From NCBI GenBank assembly GCA_000002445.1, contig CH464491.1, positions 1,760,001-1,824,000 on the forward strand: DNA of 64,000 bases, in the 5' to 3' direction. This stretch comes from Trypanosoma brucei. Its lineage: Eukaryota. Under the pieces are notes generated by a model. That model was given only the letters and a program-made list of their open reading frames with translations, was not told the DNA's origin and made no database searches. Shown piece after piece: positions 10,805-21,400 of the stretch. Position numbers and translations under genes: made by a program. Position 1 is the first letter of the stretch. Each line of letters starts with the position of its first letter.

Positions 10805-12249
10805 ATATTCCTTAGAAAAATACTTGTGGGACCGCCTCCCCTTTTTGTGTTGGCTAAGTGGAATAAAACGGAATGGAGGGCAGTGATTGGAAGGCACGAG
10901 TGATAGGGTTTCAGCGGGGGACCATGAAAAAGGAAAGAAAAGAAAGAGAAACCCTCAAGCTGAGCTGCACCACCCCACAAAAATAAAAAAAAGCGGCATA
11001 AGTGAAGGAAGGTGAAGACAGGCAGAGAGTAAAAATAACACAACAAAAACAAAAAATGAAAAATGTTCCCGGCCACTTCACTGTGGAATCACTTAACAGT
11101 ATCTTAAGAACGCGAAAAGCAAATCCCTTGAGTGCATGAGTGCTCAAAAACGGAAAACGGGTCAGTTCTGACTCATAACGTGAGTACCCGCGGGCAAGCG
11201 ATTAAGGTTTCTTTCTTTTGTTTTTAATATTTTTGGTGTTGAAAAAGAATAAAAACAAATTTTATTAAAGAAAAAGAACCAAAAAAACAAAGAAGAGTTT
11301 CTATCACAGGAATGTTATGCCCTTAGGGCCACGTAATTTGCGTAGAAAGAAAAACATTAAATACCAACAAACATAAAAAAGAGAGAGAAAACGTTAGACC
11401 TCCCGAGCCGAAGTTGCGCCGCACCTCTCTTTTCCCCTTCGTCTTCACTCCCCCACCGGAGCCACAAGTTTGCATGACGCCAACTGAAGCAAATAACGCC
11501 TAGAGACGTTTGTTTTACCTCCTTTCACCCAAGGAAGGTGTGTAAAATAACAAAAGAGTAAAAATCACACATAGAAAATTGTCCTCCATCCCCACTGGAG
11601 GAATGACAGCTTCTCAACAACAAAAGTAAGGAGGGGAAAAGCATTTTAGTGTGGAGCCACTTCACCGGCTCTTCTATCTTTCTGGCATTGCGGTAAAGGG
11701 GTAAAATATAGATATTTATACGTTCCACAACACAACCAACAGTTGATCACCTCTCCTTTTCTTGCTACGGTGGGAGGCGAATGTAATTTTCAGAAGTGGG
11801 AGAAAACTCAAAAAAAAAACAATAGCAACTCCACTACAGGATTGTTCAAAAATTACACTGCTTTTACCTTAAGTGGGAGAGAGGCTTACGCTTCTTTCCT
11901 TCCCCTTCTCCACAAATTCGCTCTTCCTTTTTTTCTTCACCTTCTTTTTCTCTGCTGTTATCATTATTTTGTAAACCGTCTTCACACCTCCCCATAGGAA
12001 GTTAACCAAATAACGCTTGGGTGTAAACATACGCGCATAAATGTTTTATGGTTATTTCCATTGGATACACGCATATACACTTGCATTTACGTGTGAAAAT
12101 ATAAGCGTAAGGAGCAGCAAACAACAGTACATCGCTAATATTAACTGGTTTTAACCTTCTACCGAAACTACCGCCCCCCGCGCCTCCCTCCTACCCTTTA
12201 ATAAACTCCCTCTTCACCTCCGTCTCCACCTCAGCTTTTTCAGTGAACC

Positions 12250-13128
12250 TCAACTGCTGCCGCTCTCTCCGGCCCATTTCTCCTTTGCAAACTGAATTGT
12301 TATGTTCTCCAGAGAAGGGACATCAAACGGATCGGGATCAGAGGTCCATGTCCTTTGGTAGTCACTTTGCTTCGGTACCCACTCCGTGAACCCCGCAACG
12401 GCACCGCGCACAGTCTTCACCGTATTGGGAGATGCCTTTGTTGTAACATAGTTCATCACCATGGTGGGGATCCAGCCGCCAACATCGCATTGGGTTACAT
12501 ACGTTAGGCAACATCCCTTCGTTCCCTTGTCTTCCCATGGCCGTATCAAATATCCGGTGATCTTCGAAAACCCGCGGACAACGGAATCACTACTGATTTT
12601 GTTTGCTTTCAAGTAGTTCGTGGGAACGTCACGGTGGGGAACGGACGTGTTGAATATGATGAACTCTCCGTTACCGGCGCTATGCCAGGCGCGTTGATTC
12701 ACAAAGTCGCGGTTGGTGACTCCTGTAGCCGGGCTTTTCGCTGCGTAGTAGCCTATATCGGTATTGGGACTAAGCTGCACAATGCAAAAGGCCTCAATGC
12801 GATACGTATCCCACACAACGCGATATAATCCGTCCTGCAGCATGTCGTACATGGTTTGCGGATCAACACCCGGATACACGCTGAAAACCTTAACGACATT
12901 CAGCGATTCTCCCTTCACCTTTTTACTCCACACAATCGTATCGTTCGGACGATTGCAGCGAAGTGAATACCCTTCGAGTGAGTCGGCATAGTTTCGAAAT
13001 GCAAGAAAGTCGTTCTTCGCTGGCAAGCGGTACCTCCTGCCGGCGTTGCTCACCTCCTCTCCTGTCAGGGGAAACGGGGTTTTATACACCACAGTTTCCT
13101 CCTCCTCTTTGGTGGTATCTGATGGCAT
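12250..13128 (-). CDS. START (StAR-related lipid-transfer) domain protein, 292 aa
   Basis: ATG confirmed at 13126-13128. The motif LYRVVWDTYRIEAFCIVQ resembles the START signature DxxYRxxWD. A C-terminal segment GGWIPTMVMNYVTTKASPNTVKTVRGAV is typical of the START C-terminal helix region. Confidence 0.7.
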   Translation of the reverse strand: MPSDTTKEEEETVVYKTPFPLTGEEVSNAGRRYRLPAKNDFLAFRNYADSLEGYSLRCNRPNDTIVWSKKVKGESLNVVKVFSVYPGVDPQTMYDMLQDGLYRVVWDTYRIEAFCIVQLSPNTDIGYYAAKSPATGVTNRDFVNQRAWHSAGNGEFIIFNTSVPHRDVPTNYLKANKISSDSVVRGFSKITGYLIRPWEDKGTKGCCLTYVTQCDVGGWIPTMVMNYVTTKASPNTVKTVRGAVAGFTEWVPKQSDYQRTWTSDPDPFDVPSLENITIQFAKEKWAGESGSS

Positions 13129-13156
13129 GAATAAGAGAAGCTAACGTGTAGCGTAG

Positions 13157-13179
13157 ATATATATATATATATATATATA
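13157..13179. repeat. (AT)n microsatellite
   Basis: Read directly as atatatatatatatatatatatag. An 11-bp poly-C run lies nearby at 13299-13309. Confidence 0.9.
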
Positions 13180-14709
13180 GTTATGTCTGTTGGTATTTAC
13201 AGATATACTTGATAAATGCTGCGTATAAACTATATTGTGATTTTGTCCTTATTTTAATTATTATCGTGGGCCTAAAGAAACAAAATACCGAGGCGCGTCC
13301 CCCCCCCCCTAAAGGTGTGTTTACGTGTGGGTACAAAAATATATGTGCTTGCCGCGCGCTTCCACCTCGCTTGTTTCCAACCGTTTAGGTTCCGTGTTGT
13401 ATGGGCGAGTGCTACAGCTATTGGGCGTTTCCGCAGCAACAATAACAGCACTGAATTTTCACTTGTAAAGCGTAGATGAGTATGCAAATAAAGAAACGCA
13501 TGCACACATAGAAATGTATGTGCGATAATTATAAGCCATGATAAGAAGGGGCGCAGGGAATGGGAAGCGTGCTGAATGATGGTCCGATAATGACCAGAGA
13601 AATGTAAAAAAAAAGGAGAAAAATAGGTAATCCTCTGCAAACTTCACAAGTTTCAAAAAGGCGAAGCAAGCACACCAGTCCCTCATGGAGAAATTCCCTC
13701 TGGAGGCCCCAAAATGTCAAGATGAATCTCCTGCGTTTTCCCCTCTACCAGTTACATACGCACTCACATAAATATATTCATAATAAAAGATATTGCAGCG
13801 TTTTATACGGAGACATGTAATGTTCAGTGCTCCACCCAACGAAAAAGAACAGAAGGCCGGGGCCACAATAAAGTTGGAAGTATCGTCCACATTTCCATCA
13901 ACTGCTTCTTAATCACTCAGTCTAATTTGTCGTTGTCCCAGTTCCAGGAGTAAAAGAAGAATACAAGAAAAAAAGGAAGAAGAGTGGTGCAAATCAAAGG
14001 ATGACAGTTGTTAAGAAAAAAAAAGCAGCAAGAAAGAGCAAACAAACACCCACGTATACGCCGGAACCGGCGTCAACTGAAACATACATAAACAGGCGCG
14101 CCACATAGATTCCGTGAAGAGGAGCCGCGTGAAAAATACATCACGTATAAATTTGTGGGACACTGAAACAGTAGTAAGTGAACTACAGAGCCTGTTACGT
14201 CTTCAACACATATACGTACACGTCTAATACAAGTAACGGTGAATAAAGTGTGAGCAATCTACACCTCTTTTCTTCCACAGAAAAGCGCAAATAACTTTTT
14301 TTTCACATTTTTTTTTACTGACCATTGCTTAACGTAAAGAGGCAGGTGGATCTCCCACGTTATATATATCTGTACGCATGCACTGAGCCAGATTGACGGC
14401 TGCACTGAAAGGTTACTTATGTCGCAAGCGATGAAAACGCTGGGTTAGGTGCCAGAGAGAAAAGGGAGACGCGAAACAGCAACCACGAGCAGGTACGAAG
14501 GAATATATCATCAGTAGATAAAGAACCAAAGAAAGGGGAAAAAACGAAACGAAACGCGGAGATACCTCTTTTGAAACGAATGAGGTGCTTTAAAACTACT
14601 TTGGTGAACGTCCCTCCTTTTTTTTTTCTTCCTCGACGTATTCACCATATCGGTGTTGGTGTTATTATTGTTATCGTGCTCCATAGAGTCCAAGTGGGGT
14701 GGAGTTACT

Positions 14710-17670
14710 TCAGGTGGAGACGTTGAGTCCGGAATCGGTAGATGCCTTATCGCTATGCCACAGTTTTACCTCGTCTAAGAGCTTCTTGAAACGTTCCTCG
14801 AGACCGTCATTTAGCACCCGTCTTGGGTGGATATCCTCCTCGCCGGTCCCATAGTCCTTGTTCGTTCTACGCACACGCCTGGGTGGTGTGAAGTTGTTGT
14901 GCCGCTCACGTAAAGAGGGAGTTCCGTTACTTTGTCTTGCCTTCGTGCGACTGATTCCGTTAAATGTGAGTGAGCGAGTAAATGGAACTACATCCTCTGA
15001 AAACTTTACATGGGTCCTTGTGGCACACCGCGAGAAGGTGGGACTCGCCGCTTTACCCGCGTCTGTCCGTGCAGCATGTGGGCGGGAGGAAGCGAGGGTC
15101 ATTTCTTTACACGGTGAGCCGATGATGGTGTTCTTCTTGCCGTTTACCGTGGAGAGGTTTGCGGGATCCCTATGGCCCACCTTAATTGCACCCTTAGGGC
15201 ACGGTGGTTTCTTGAACGTGGCACCAGCAGGCTGACGAGTGCTGGGTCTCGTCACCGGCCGTGGCGGAACAGTCATTGCCTTCGGCGTCCGCTGACACTT
15301 TGCTGCAGCGATTGTCGAACGGCTATTTCCGGAAAGCGGCGTATTCGTGCCGGCTACACTCCTATTGCTGTACGCCCCCGTGGCTTTCTTGGGCGAGCTA
15401 TGCACCACCAAGCTCCTACTGTCTGGACCATTTGATACCTGGTATTGTAGGCGTGCCTCTATGCCCTGTGTTGACGACCGCCTAAAACGTGATTCAGCGG
15501 ACGCCATGGGAGACGCCCTACCACTTCTCATAGATTTCTGGACTACGTGAATTATGTCTGCGGTCGGGATGGAAGGAAGGTTTGCGTACATGAGTGCAAG
15601 TTGTGCTTCTTCCCATACTGACGAGTTGGGTGTGGTCAACGGCAACATGCTCTTAATTGCCTGCACACACTTGCTTAGCGCCTGCGAAAACTCTTCCTCA
15701 TGACTCATGACAGCACGGTATTCTTGGTGATAATGTGCCGCCAGGCATTCCGCCTCTGTGCAGTTCTGTCTCAGCTTTACATTATCAAGGAGAAGTTCCA
15801 AGAAAGGGTGTTGCTTCTCCCGCAGTAACTCCTGCCGTACCTTGTCAAGCTCCTTATCAGTTGCGTCCATCTTCTCCCGAAGGCGTTTGATTTCCCCTCC
15901 GTGTGCAGTCAATTCCACCTCCATCTCCTTGATTGCGCGCTGCTGCCCAGCGACGCCGACGGAGGTCGACAGTTCCCCATCTACGCCCTTGCCGGAACCC
16001 TTCTGCTTTGCGGACAAAAAGCGAACGAGCTTCCACTTCTGCTGCCGAAGACGCATATTCAACTCACTATGTGCTTCCTCAGCCTCCCGCATTTCACGAT
16101 AGAGTAGCTCTTTTGTCGCTGATAGAGACTTAGTTTTCTTCTGAAGGTCCGCTGACAATTCCATCGCTTCCACTACTTTTGGAGTTCGTGTAGAGGACCG
16201 CATTGATGCCCTACCTGTTGCCTCGAGAGGAAGTTGCATCCAGTCCCGCTCCGTACGTTGCGCTGAGAGGGACAATGTTGGCACTTCCAGGTCTTTCGCC
16301 TGTGGAGGTGAAACGGCCCGTGGGGATGTGCGGGCTGCCCCGTTGGCATTATTCGCGTTGGCACCACGCAACTGTAGGAGCTCATCGCGCGCCAAAGCCA
16401 ACTCAGCACGAAGCTCCTCAATGAGTGCCTCTTGATTTGCTGCCACGACTTTCGAGTCAACCGCAAACTCATGGCGTTTTGCTGTCACGCGTATTTTCTT
16501 TGCTTGCATCGCAAAGAGCATAGTGTTGATGGTCTCTTCGTAGTTCATGCTGCTAGGGCTGATACAGAACAACATCAGCGTCCTACAGTTCCCCCCGATG
16601 CTGTCCTGCAGTAGCCGCGTCAGTTTAGATCCACGGTATGGAATGTAATGCGTCCTCTCGGGGTGCTCTCTCCGCTGCACTAACTCCTGCACAACAGCGC
16701 TAAGTGCAAGAAGGGAGCGGTTGATATTTCCACCCTCACGCAAGCGGTCACCCCTGTTGCTGCTACCTGCTGCTCTTTCAGACCCAGCCAAATCGCAAAA
16801 GCGGATGCGTCCAACGGTCCCAAGCGATGCGTTGACTGTGTCCTTCACTTCTATCTCTACGGTGAAGATCGCGTGAGAGCGGCTCGAGTGTGCATTGGCG
16901 TCCGTGGAAGCCACAAAGCGGTTGATGTGTCCACGCTCCACACACCGAGCGAAGTCATCCGCCGTTTCCGGTGTGCAGTACGTGAGGCCCCGCACCGCAA
17001 GACTTTCGGGGTTAACACCGCAACGTCCGTTGATAAAGCTACCGTAACAACTGGTGTCATTGGAATGAGTGAGCTCCTGCACGTTCAATTCCTTCCGCTT
17101 CCCCTGACCACTTGTCTGCGCCAGAAGGTCGTACACCTTTTCGTTGTATACTTCCATGAAGCTGCAGCGGGTGGTCACTGTCTTTTCATTTTCCTCCAAC
17201 TCACTCTTCGTCTCTAAGATGTCCTGCACAGCCTGGTAAATGACACCAGCAGCACTCATTTGTCCGCCAAACATCGTGTGAGTTTTCCCTGAACCAGTCG
17301 ACCCATAAGCGAGAACAGATCCGTTAACACCTTCAAATGCCCCCGCGATTACATGCCGGCAGGCCTCGTACACTTCAAACTGAGAACTATAATGGTGAAA
17401 CACTTGATCAACATTGAACTGCCTCGGACGCGGCTTGGCGTGAGGCGCACCAAAGTAACGAGATGACATTTTGGACGGCGCCCCATTCACAACTATTCCA
17501 TCCTTCAAGCACTGCACGATATTTCGGACGCTGGGGTTCGCATGCTCAACCGTTGACAGGGGCCGTACGCGCACAACAACCCGGATTGTACCGTCATCGC
17601 TCGGCTGCTTCGCCTCTACGACAGCGCCACTACAACTTCCACGTCTAGCGACGTTATCTTCTCCGCCCAT
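14710..17670 (-). CDS. Kinesin motor protein with an N-terminal motor domain and a roughly 550-aa tail, 986 aa
   Basis: ATG confirmed. The P-loop is AYGSTGSGKTHTMFG, switch I is SSRSHAIFT, switch II is DLAGSERA, and the segment HIPYRGSKLTRLLQDSIGGNCRTLMLFCISPS is kinesin-like. The tail contains a coiled-coil. Confidence 0.9.
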   Translation of the reverse strand: MGGEDNVARRGSCSGAVVEAKQPSDDGTIRVVVRVRPLSTVEHANPSVRNIVQCLKDGIVVNGAPSKMSSRYFGAPHAKPRPRQFNVDQVFHHYSSQFEVYEACRHVIAGAFEGVNGSVLAYGSTGSGKTHTMFGGQMSAAGVIYQAVQDILETKSELEENEKTVTTRCSFMEVYNEKVYDLLAQTSGQGKRKELNVQELTHSNDTSCYGSFINGRCGVNPESLAVRGLTYCTPETADDFARCVERGHINRFVASTDANAHSSRSHAIFTVEIEVKDTVNASLGTVGRIRFCDLAGSERAAGSSNRGDRLREGGNINRSLLALSAVVQELVQRREHPERTHYIPYRGSKLTRLLQDSIGGNCRTLMLFCISPSSMNYEETINTMLFAMQAKKIRVTAKRHEFAVDSKVVAANQEALIEELRAELALARDELLQLRGANANNANGAARTSPRAVSPPQAKDLEVPTLSLSAQRTERDWMQLPLEATGRASMRSSTRTPKVVEAMELSADLQKKTKSLSATKELLYREMREAEEAHSELNMRLRQQKWKLVRFLSAKQKGSGKGVDGELSTSVGVAGQQRAIKEMEVELTAHGGEIKRLREKMDATDKELDKVRQELLREKQHPFLELLLDNVKLRQNCTEAECLAAHYHQEYRAVMSHEEEFSQALSKCVQAIKSMLPLTTPNSSVWEEAQLALMYANLPSIPTADIIHVVQKSMRSGRASPMASAESRFRRSSTQGIEARLQYQVSNGPDSRSLVVHSSPKKATGAYSNRSVAGTNTPLSGNSRSTIAAAKCQRTPKAMTVPPRPVTRPSTRQPAGATFKKPPCPKGAIKVGHRDPANLSTVNGKKNTIIGSPCKEMTLASSRPHAARTDAGKAASPTFSRCATRTHVKFSEDVVPFTRSLTFNGISRTKARQSNGTPSLRERHNNFTPPRRVRRTNKDYGTGEEDIHPRRVLNDGLEERFKKLLDEVKLWHSDKASTDSGLNVST

Positions 17671-18439
17671 TGTGCGTTTCCCTTTACCTTCGAGGAAGGA
17701 GGCAGATTCCGTTGTGTAGTTACCCTACCCTTTCTTATAACTGCCGACTCTTTTTTTGCTAATGCCTTCGATACCCCACCCTCCCCACTTTCCCCTCTTT
17801 TCTACTGCACGGGAAGAGACTTTCCCCACTAAAGAAGATAAAGAAAACGCCGGAAAAATTAGAGAGTCTAACACTCGTAATAAATTAAAGTCTTTAAATA
17901 TAAATGTCGATACGCACCCTTACTTGTGAAAGATCATTTCCCGTTCTTCCCATTTTTTTTCTTCCGCGGATGAAGCTGCCCCGGCTCTCACCGCACATTC
18001 CCTCTGCTGCGCTGCATACGTCCCCGCTCTGGTGTAGTGATCTCCAGGTGTAAAACACCTGCAGAAATTACCACAGCCAAAAGATTAGCGCCCACGTGAA
18101 CTGTACGGACACATCAACATCAACACCCACGCATAGACAAAGAGAAGGGGGGAAAGAAAAGAAAGTTAAAGCCTTCTCAACAGTGGCAAACACACCCATG
18201 TGAACATTTCTCCTTACATATTCCCGTCACCATGGCCGAATGCTGCAAAAGGGAGGGGGCACTGACCGCTAAACTACGGCAGGGGGAAACAAAATCGACA
18301 AACACGAGAGAAATGTCTCGGCCGTGCTGCCTTTGGGTGGTTGCTCCCGTACTTCAATATTGCGCGGTGACGACACTTTGTCTAACAGCGCTTTGTTTTT
18401 CGGCACACCCCATTCGAGGGACTGCGAGGTTATAAGTTT

Positions 18440-21400
18440 CTAGCGACGCTCAGATTCCTGCATGCGGTTGATGCGCAGCGTAACCTCTCGCAATTCATCC
18501 CTCTGGCGTCTGTGCTGCTCTTGCAGGTGAAGTGCGCTCCTTGCAAACTCTGTATCTCGCGGTAACGTGAGAGTGTTTCTGTCAACGCCTTCATTGGCCG
18601 AAGCACCGTGAGGGTCCGCACCTGCAGAAGTGCCTCCAGGTTTGGTATTTGTAGAGCCTCCTCCGCGCACTGGTCGACGCAGCACTACAAACTTCATTTC
18701 CTGCCGATTTGCCGACTCTTCATGTGGCTGCTGAGATCGCTGCTGTTGCCGATGTAGACGAATACCGGCAGTAAGTTCCTGCTTTATGAGCCGCTCCGCC
18801 GCAGCTCCCTTTGTGGCTGCAGAAGCCGCACGGAAAATGCCATCACGCTGAGTCTCGGACATCAATGCCCGTAACTTGGCGTCAAGATTGGCTTCCTCTA
18901 TCCTCAGACGGAGAGCCTCGGCGGCGGCTATCTTCTTGTTGTCGTCATCTTCATCTTCATCTTCATCTTCATCTTCATCTTCATCTTCATCTTCCTCCTC
19001 CTCCTCTTCGTCATCTGAGTATTCCTCTTCCTCGTCATCCTCATCATCCATGTCATCATCCTCGTTTTCCTCAGAGATCATGTCCGAATCGCTGCGGCTG
19101 AACCCACTGAGGGTACTGCTATGACTGTAATCGCTGTCGAAATCAGGCGACTCATCACTACTACCGTCACTTTGAGTCGATACGTCATATTCCCCTCTTG
19201 CGTAGCTTTCACCGGCGTCACTCCCATGGCTGCTGACCGCATCGTAGACGTGATCCACATCTTGGGTCGACAATCCCATCAGGTTCTCTTCAACGTTTTC
19301 GGCTACCGTACTCTCAACCTGAGAGCACGATGCCGCACGTACTTGAACAGATGAAATGCGGCAATGGGGAAAGTCTTCACGGCAACTTTTTCTCATTTTC
19401 TCGCACATCCGGTCGTACCATACGTTGGCGGACAGTACATGTTCCTCTTCGACTACCTTTGCATATGCCTCGGCTTCCTGCAGCGACTTTGGCAGTCGCA
19501 TACCGGGAGGCGGAGCGGTAGACTCAGACACAGAATCTTGGGACCTCTCTTTCTCCTCACCACCGCGGTGCTTATCCCGTCCCTTAGGTTGCCCGACCCC
19601 GCTTCCCTGGCGCATACACTCATCCAACTGAGAAACTAATTCGTCAAGGCGTTGAGACAGGTCCAGAGGAAGTGCCCTGATAGTATACCTGTGCACAAAT
19701 AGAAGCGCCATCATTTTACGCATCAACTGGTGGAGGCTCGCAAGGCGCTCTGCTGAGCGTGATCTGCTGTCCCGCTGCTGCCACGGCAAAAAGGTTAGGG
19801 ACCCAGAAAGTAGACTGACACAACACCGTAAGCGGGAACAATCGGGGCTGCATCCATTCGGATGCGGTGTGTAGCAGAGGAGTTGAGCCACAATGTAGCT
19901 CACGAAGCGAAAGGAAAGAACACGAGCACGACAAAGGTGGGTAATAAATACACAATCCAAAAGACGCAAGCTCATCGAACGGTATTCTGCGTGCAATTGA
20001 GACGCCTCTGCATAATAGCGGATTTCTTCGGTCATTTCGACTGCCTCCACCTCTGTATCTCTTGGAACGACCTCCAAGTCACGTCGCAGATCCTCAGCAA
20101 CCGTTTCCACAATGCGCAGAACCAATGAATCATGCCCAGCGCGGCCCAGGTCGGCAAGCAAATCAGCTAGTAGTGGAATATTGTCCCATTTAAGATGCTG
20201 CACATCGCGTAACGTGGCCACAAGCCCGTTTCGTTTGGCAGGGTCTTCCCACGGCACCTTTACTAGCTTCTCACAAACAAACTTGTACTTCTGCCGTGAT
20301 AAGACGTCATTGAGTAGGTGCCGCACGTAAAGCTCAAGTGGAGAACGCTCAACTTGTGCGACGGGGCGCCTCGGGGCGGATGGAACGTGAAGGAAGTCAA
20401 GCGATGCCCTTATTAGGTCTGATCCCTCATCGTATAAAGTCGTCTTCGATAACGCACTCTCGAGCTTACCCAACGCCTTGTTAAAAGGCTGCCGCGTCGT
20501 CTGGTTCCGAGACAGAAAGAATCCACAGTACTTCATGACAGAAGAAATTAAGTAGGGACTGATGCGACCATGTAAATCCTCCATCCCCACACGCAGCACA
20601 CTAAATACAGCCAAATGTGCTATAGCACCGAATTTCGTCAAGTCACATATGTAGCGAACGGTGCCCTCTACCTGATCTCTCAATTTCTCCTCCGATATTC
20701 CACTGTCAGCCTTGCACAAAGATTTCCAATGGGCGTCCAACCTCCCGGCAATAAACTCACTCATGTCCGGAAAGTACTGGCTGAACTCCGCAATGCAACG
20801 TGAGAGGTAGGGCACCATATCAGGCTGCTGAACCCACGGAGAGTACCACGCCTCCATCGCCAACAACATACGGCAATTTGTGAAGAATACACTCCCAAGT
20901 GCAACGCTTCCAGACGAATGCTCTAGTGGGCGTAGTGCCTCCTGCATGTACTGGACACACCACTTGTCAATGGCATCTGCGCTTCTGCACTGTTCAAGTT
21001 CTTCTAGCAACTGCAACACCACCGCATACTCATCGAACAAGGTTGCTGGTACAGCCAACCACGCAAGCCAGAGGCGTCGCTCCACCGTCGTGGACACCTT
21101 CATGTATGAGGGTGACCTGCTTTCGCCCACACACCGTGTGTCAGAGTTGGAGGCCGTATCCTTTCCTTCGCCTTCTTCTTTCCGCTTGTGAGCTTTTTTC
21201 TCCCTTGCGTCAGTAACCCCTGCACAGGGTGACTGGGCAAGAACCCCCTGTCGCCCAAGAGAATCCCAGCTTGGCTTCTCACTTAACAGCGATTTTAAAA
21301 GCTCATCCGATATGGTCAAGAAATCTGGGACATACTCGTAGAAGATGCGCTGCTCATCGCTCTCAAAGCGGTTTAGTGTCTCTGCTGCGGAGACGGCGTA

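Noticed and set aside
10510-11076. A 188-aa minus-strand ORF overlapping the start of the 9914-10897 ORF
   Set aside because: It is in a different frame from, and overlaps, the better candidate. The sequence is hydrophobic and low-complexity (FHFLFLLCYFYSL...). It is probably spurious.
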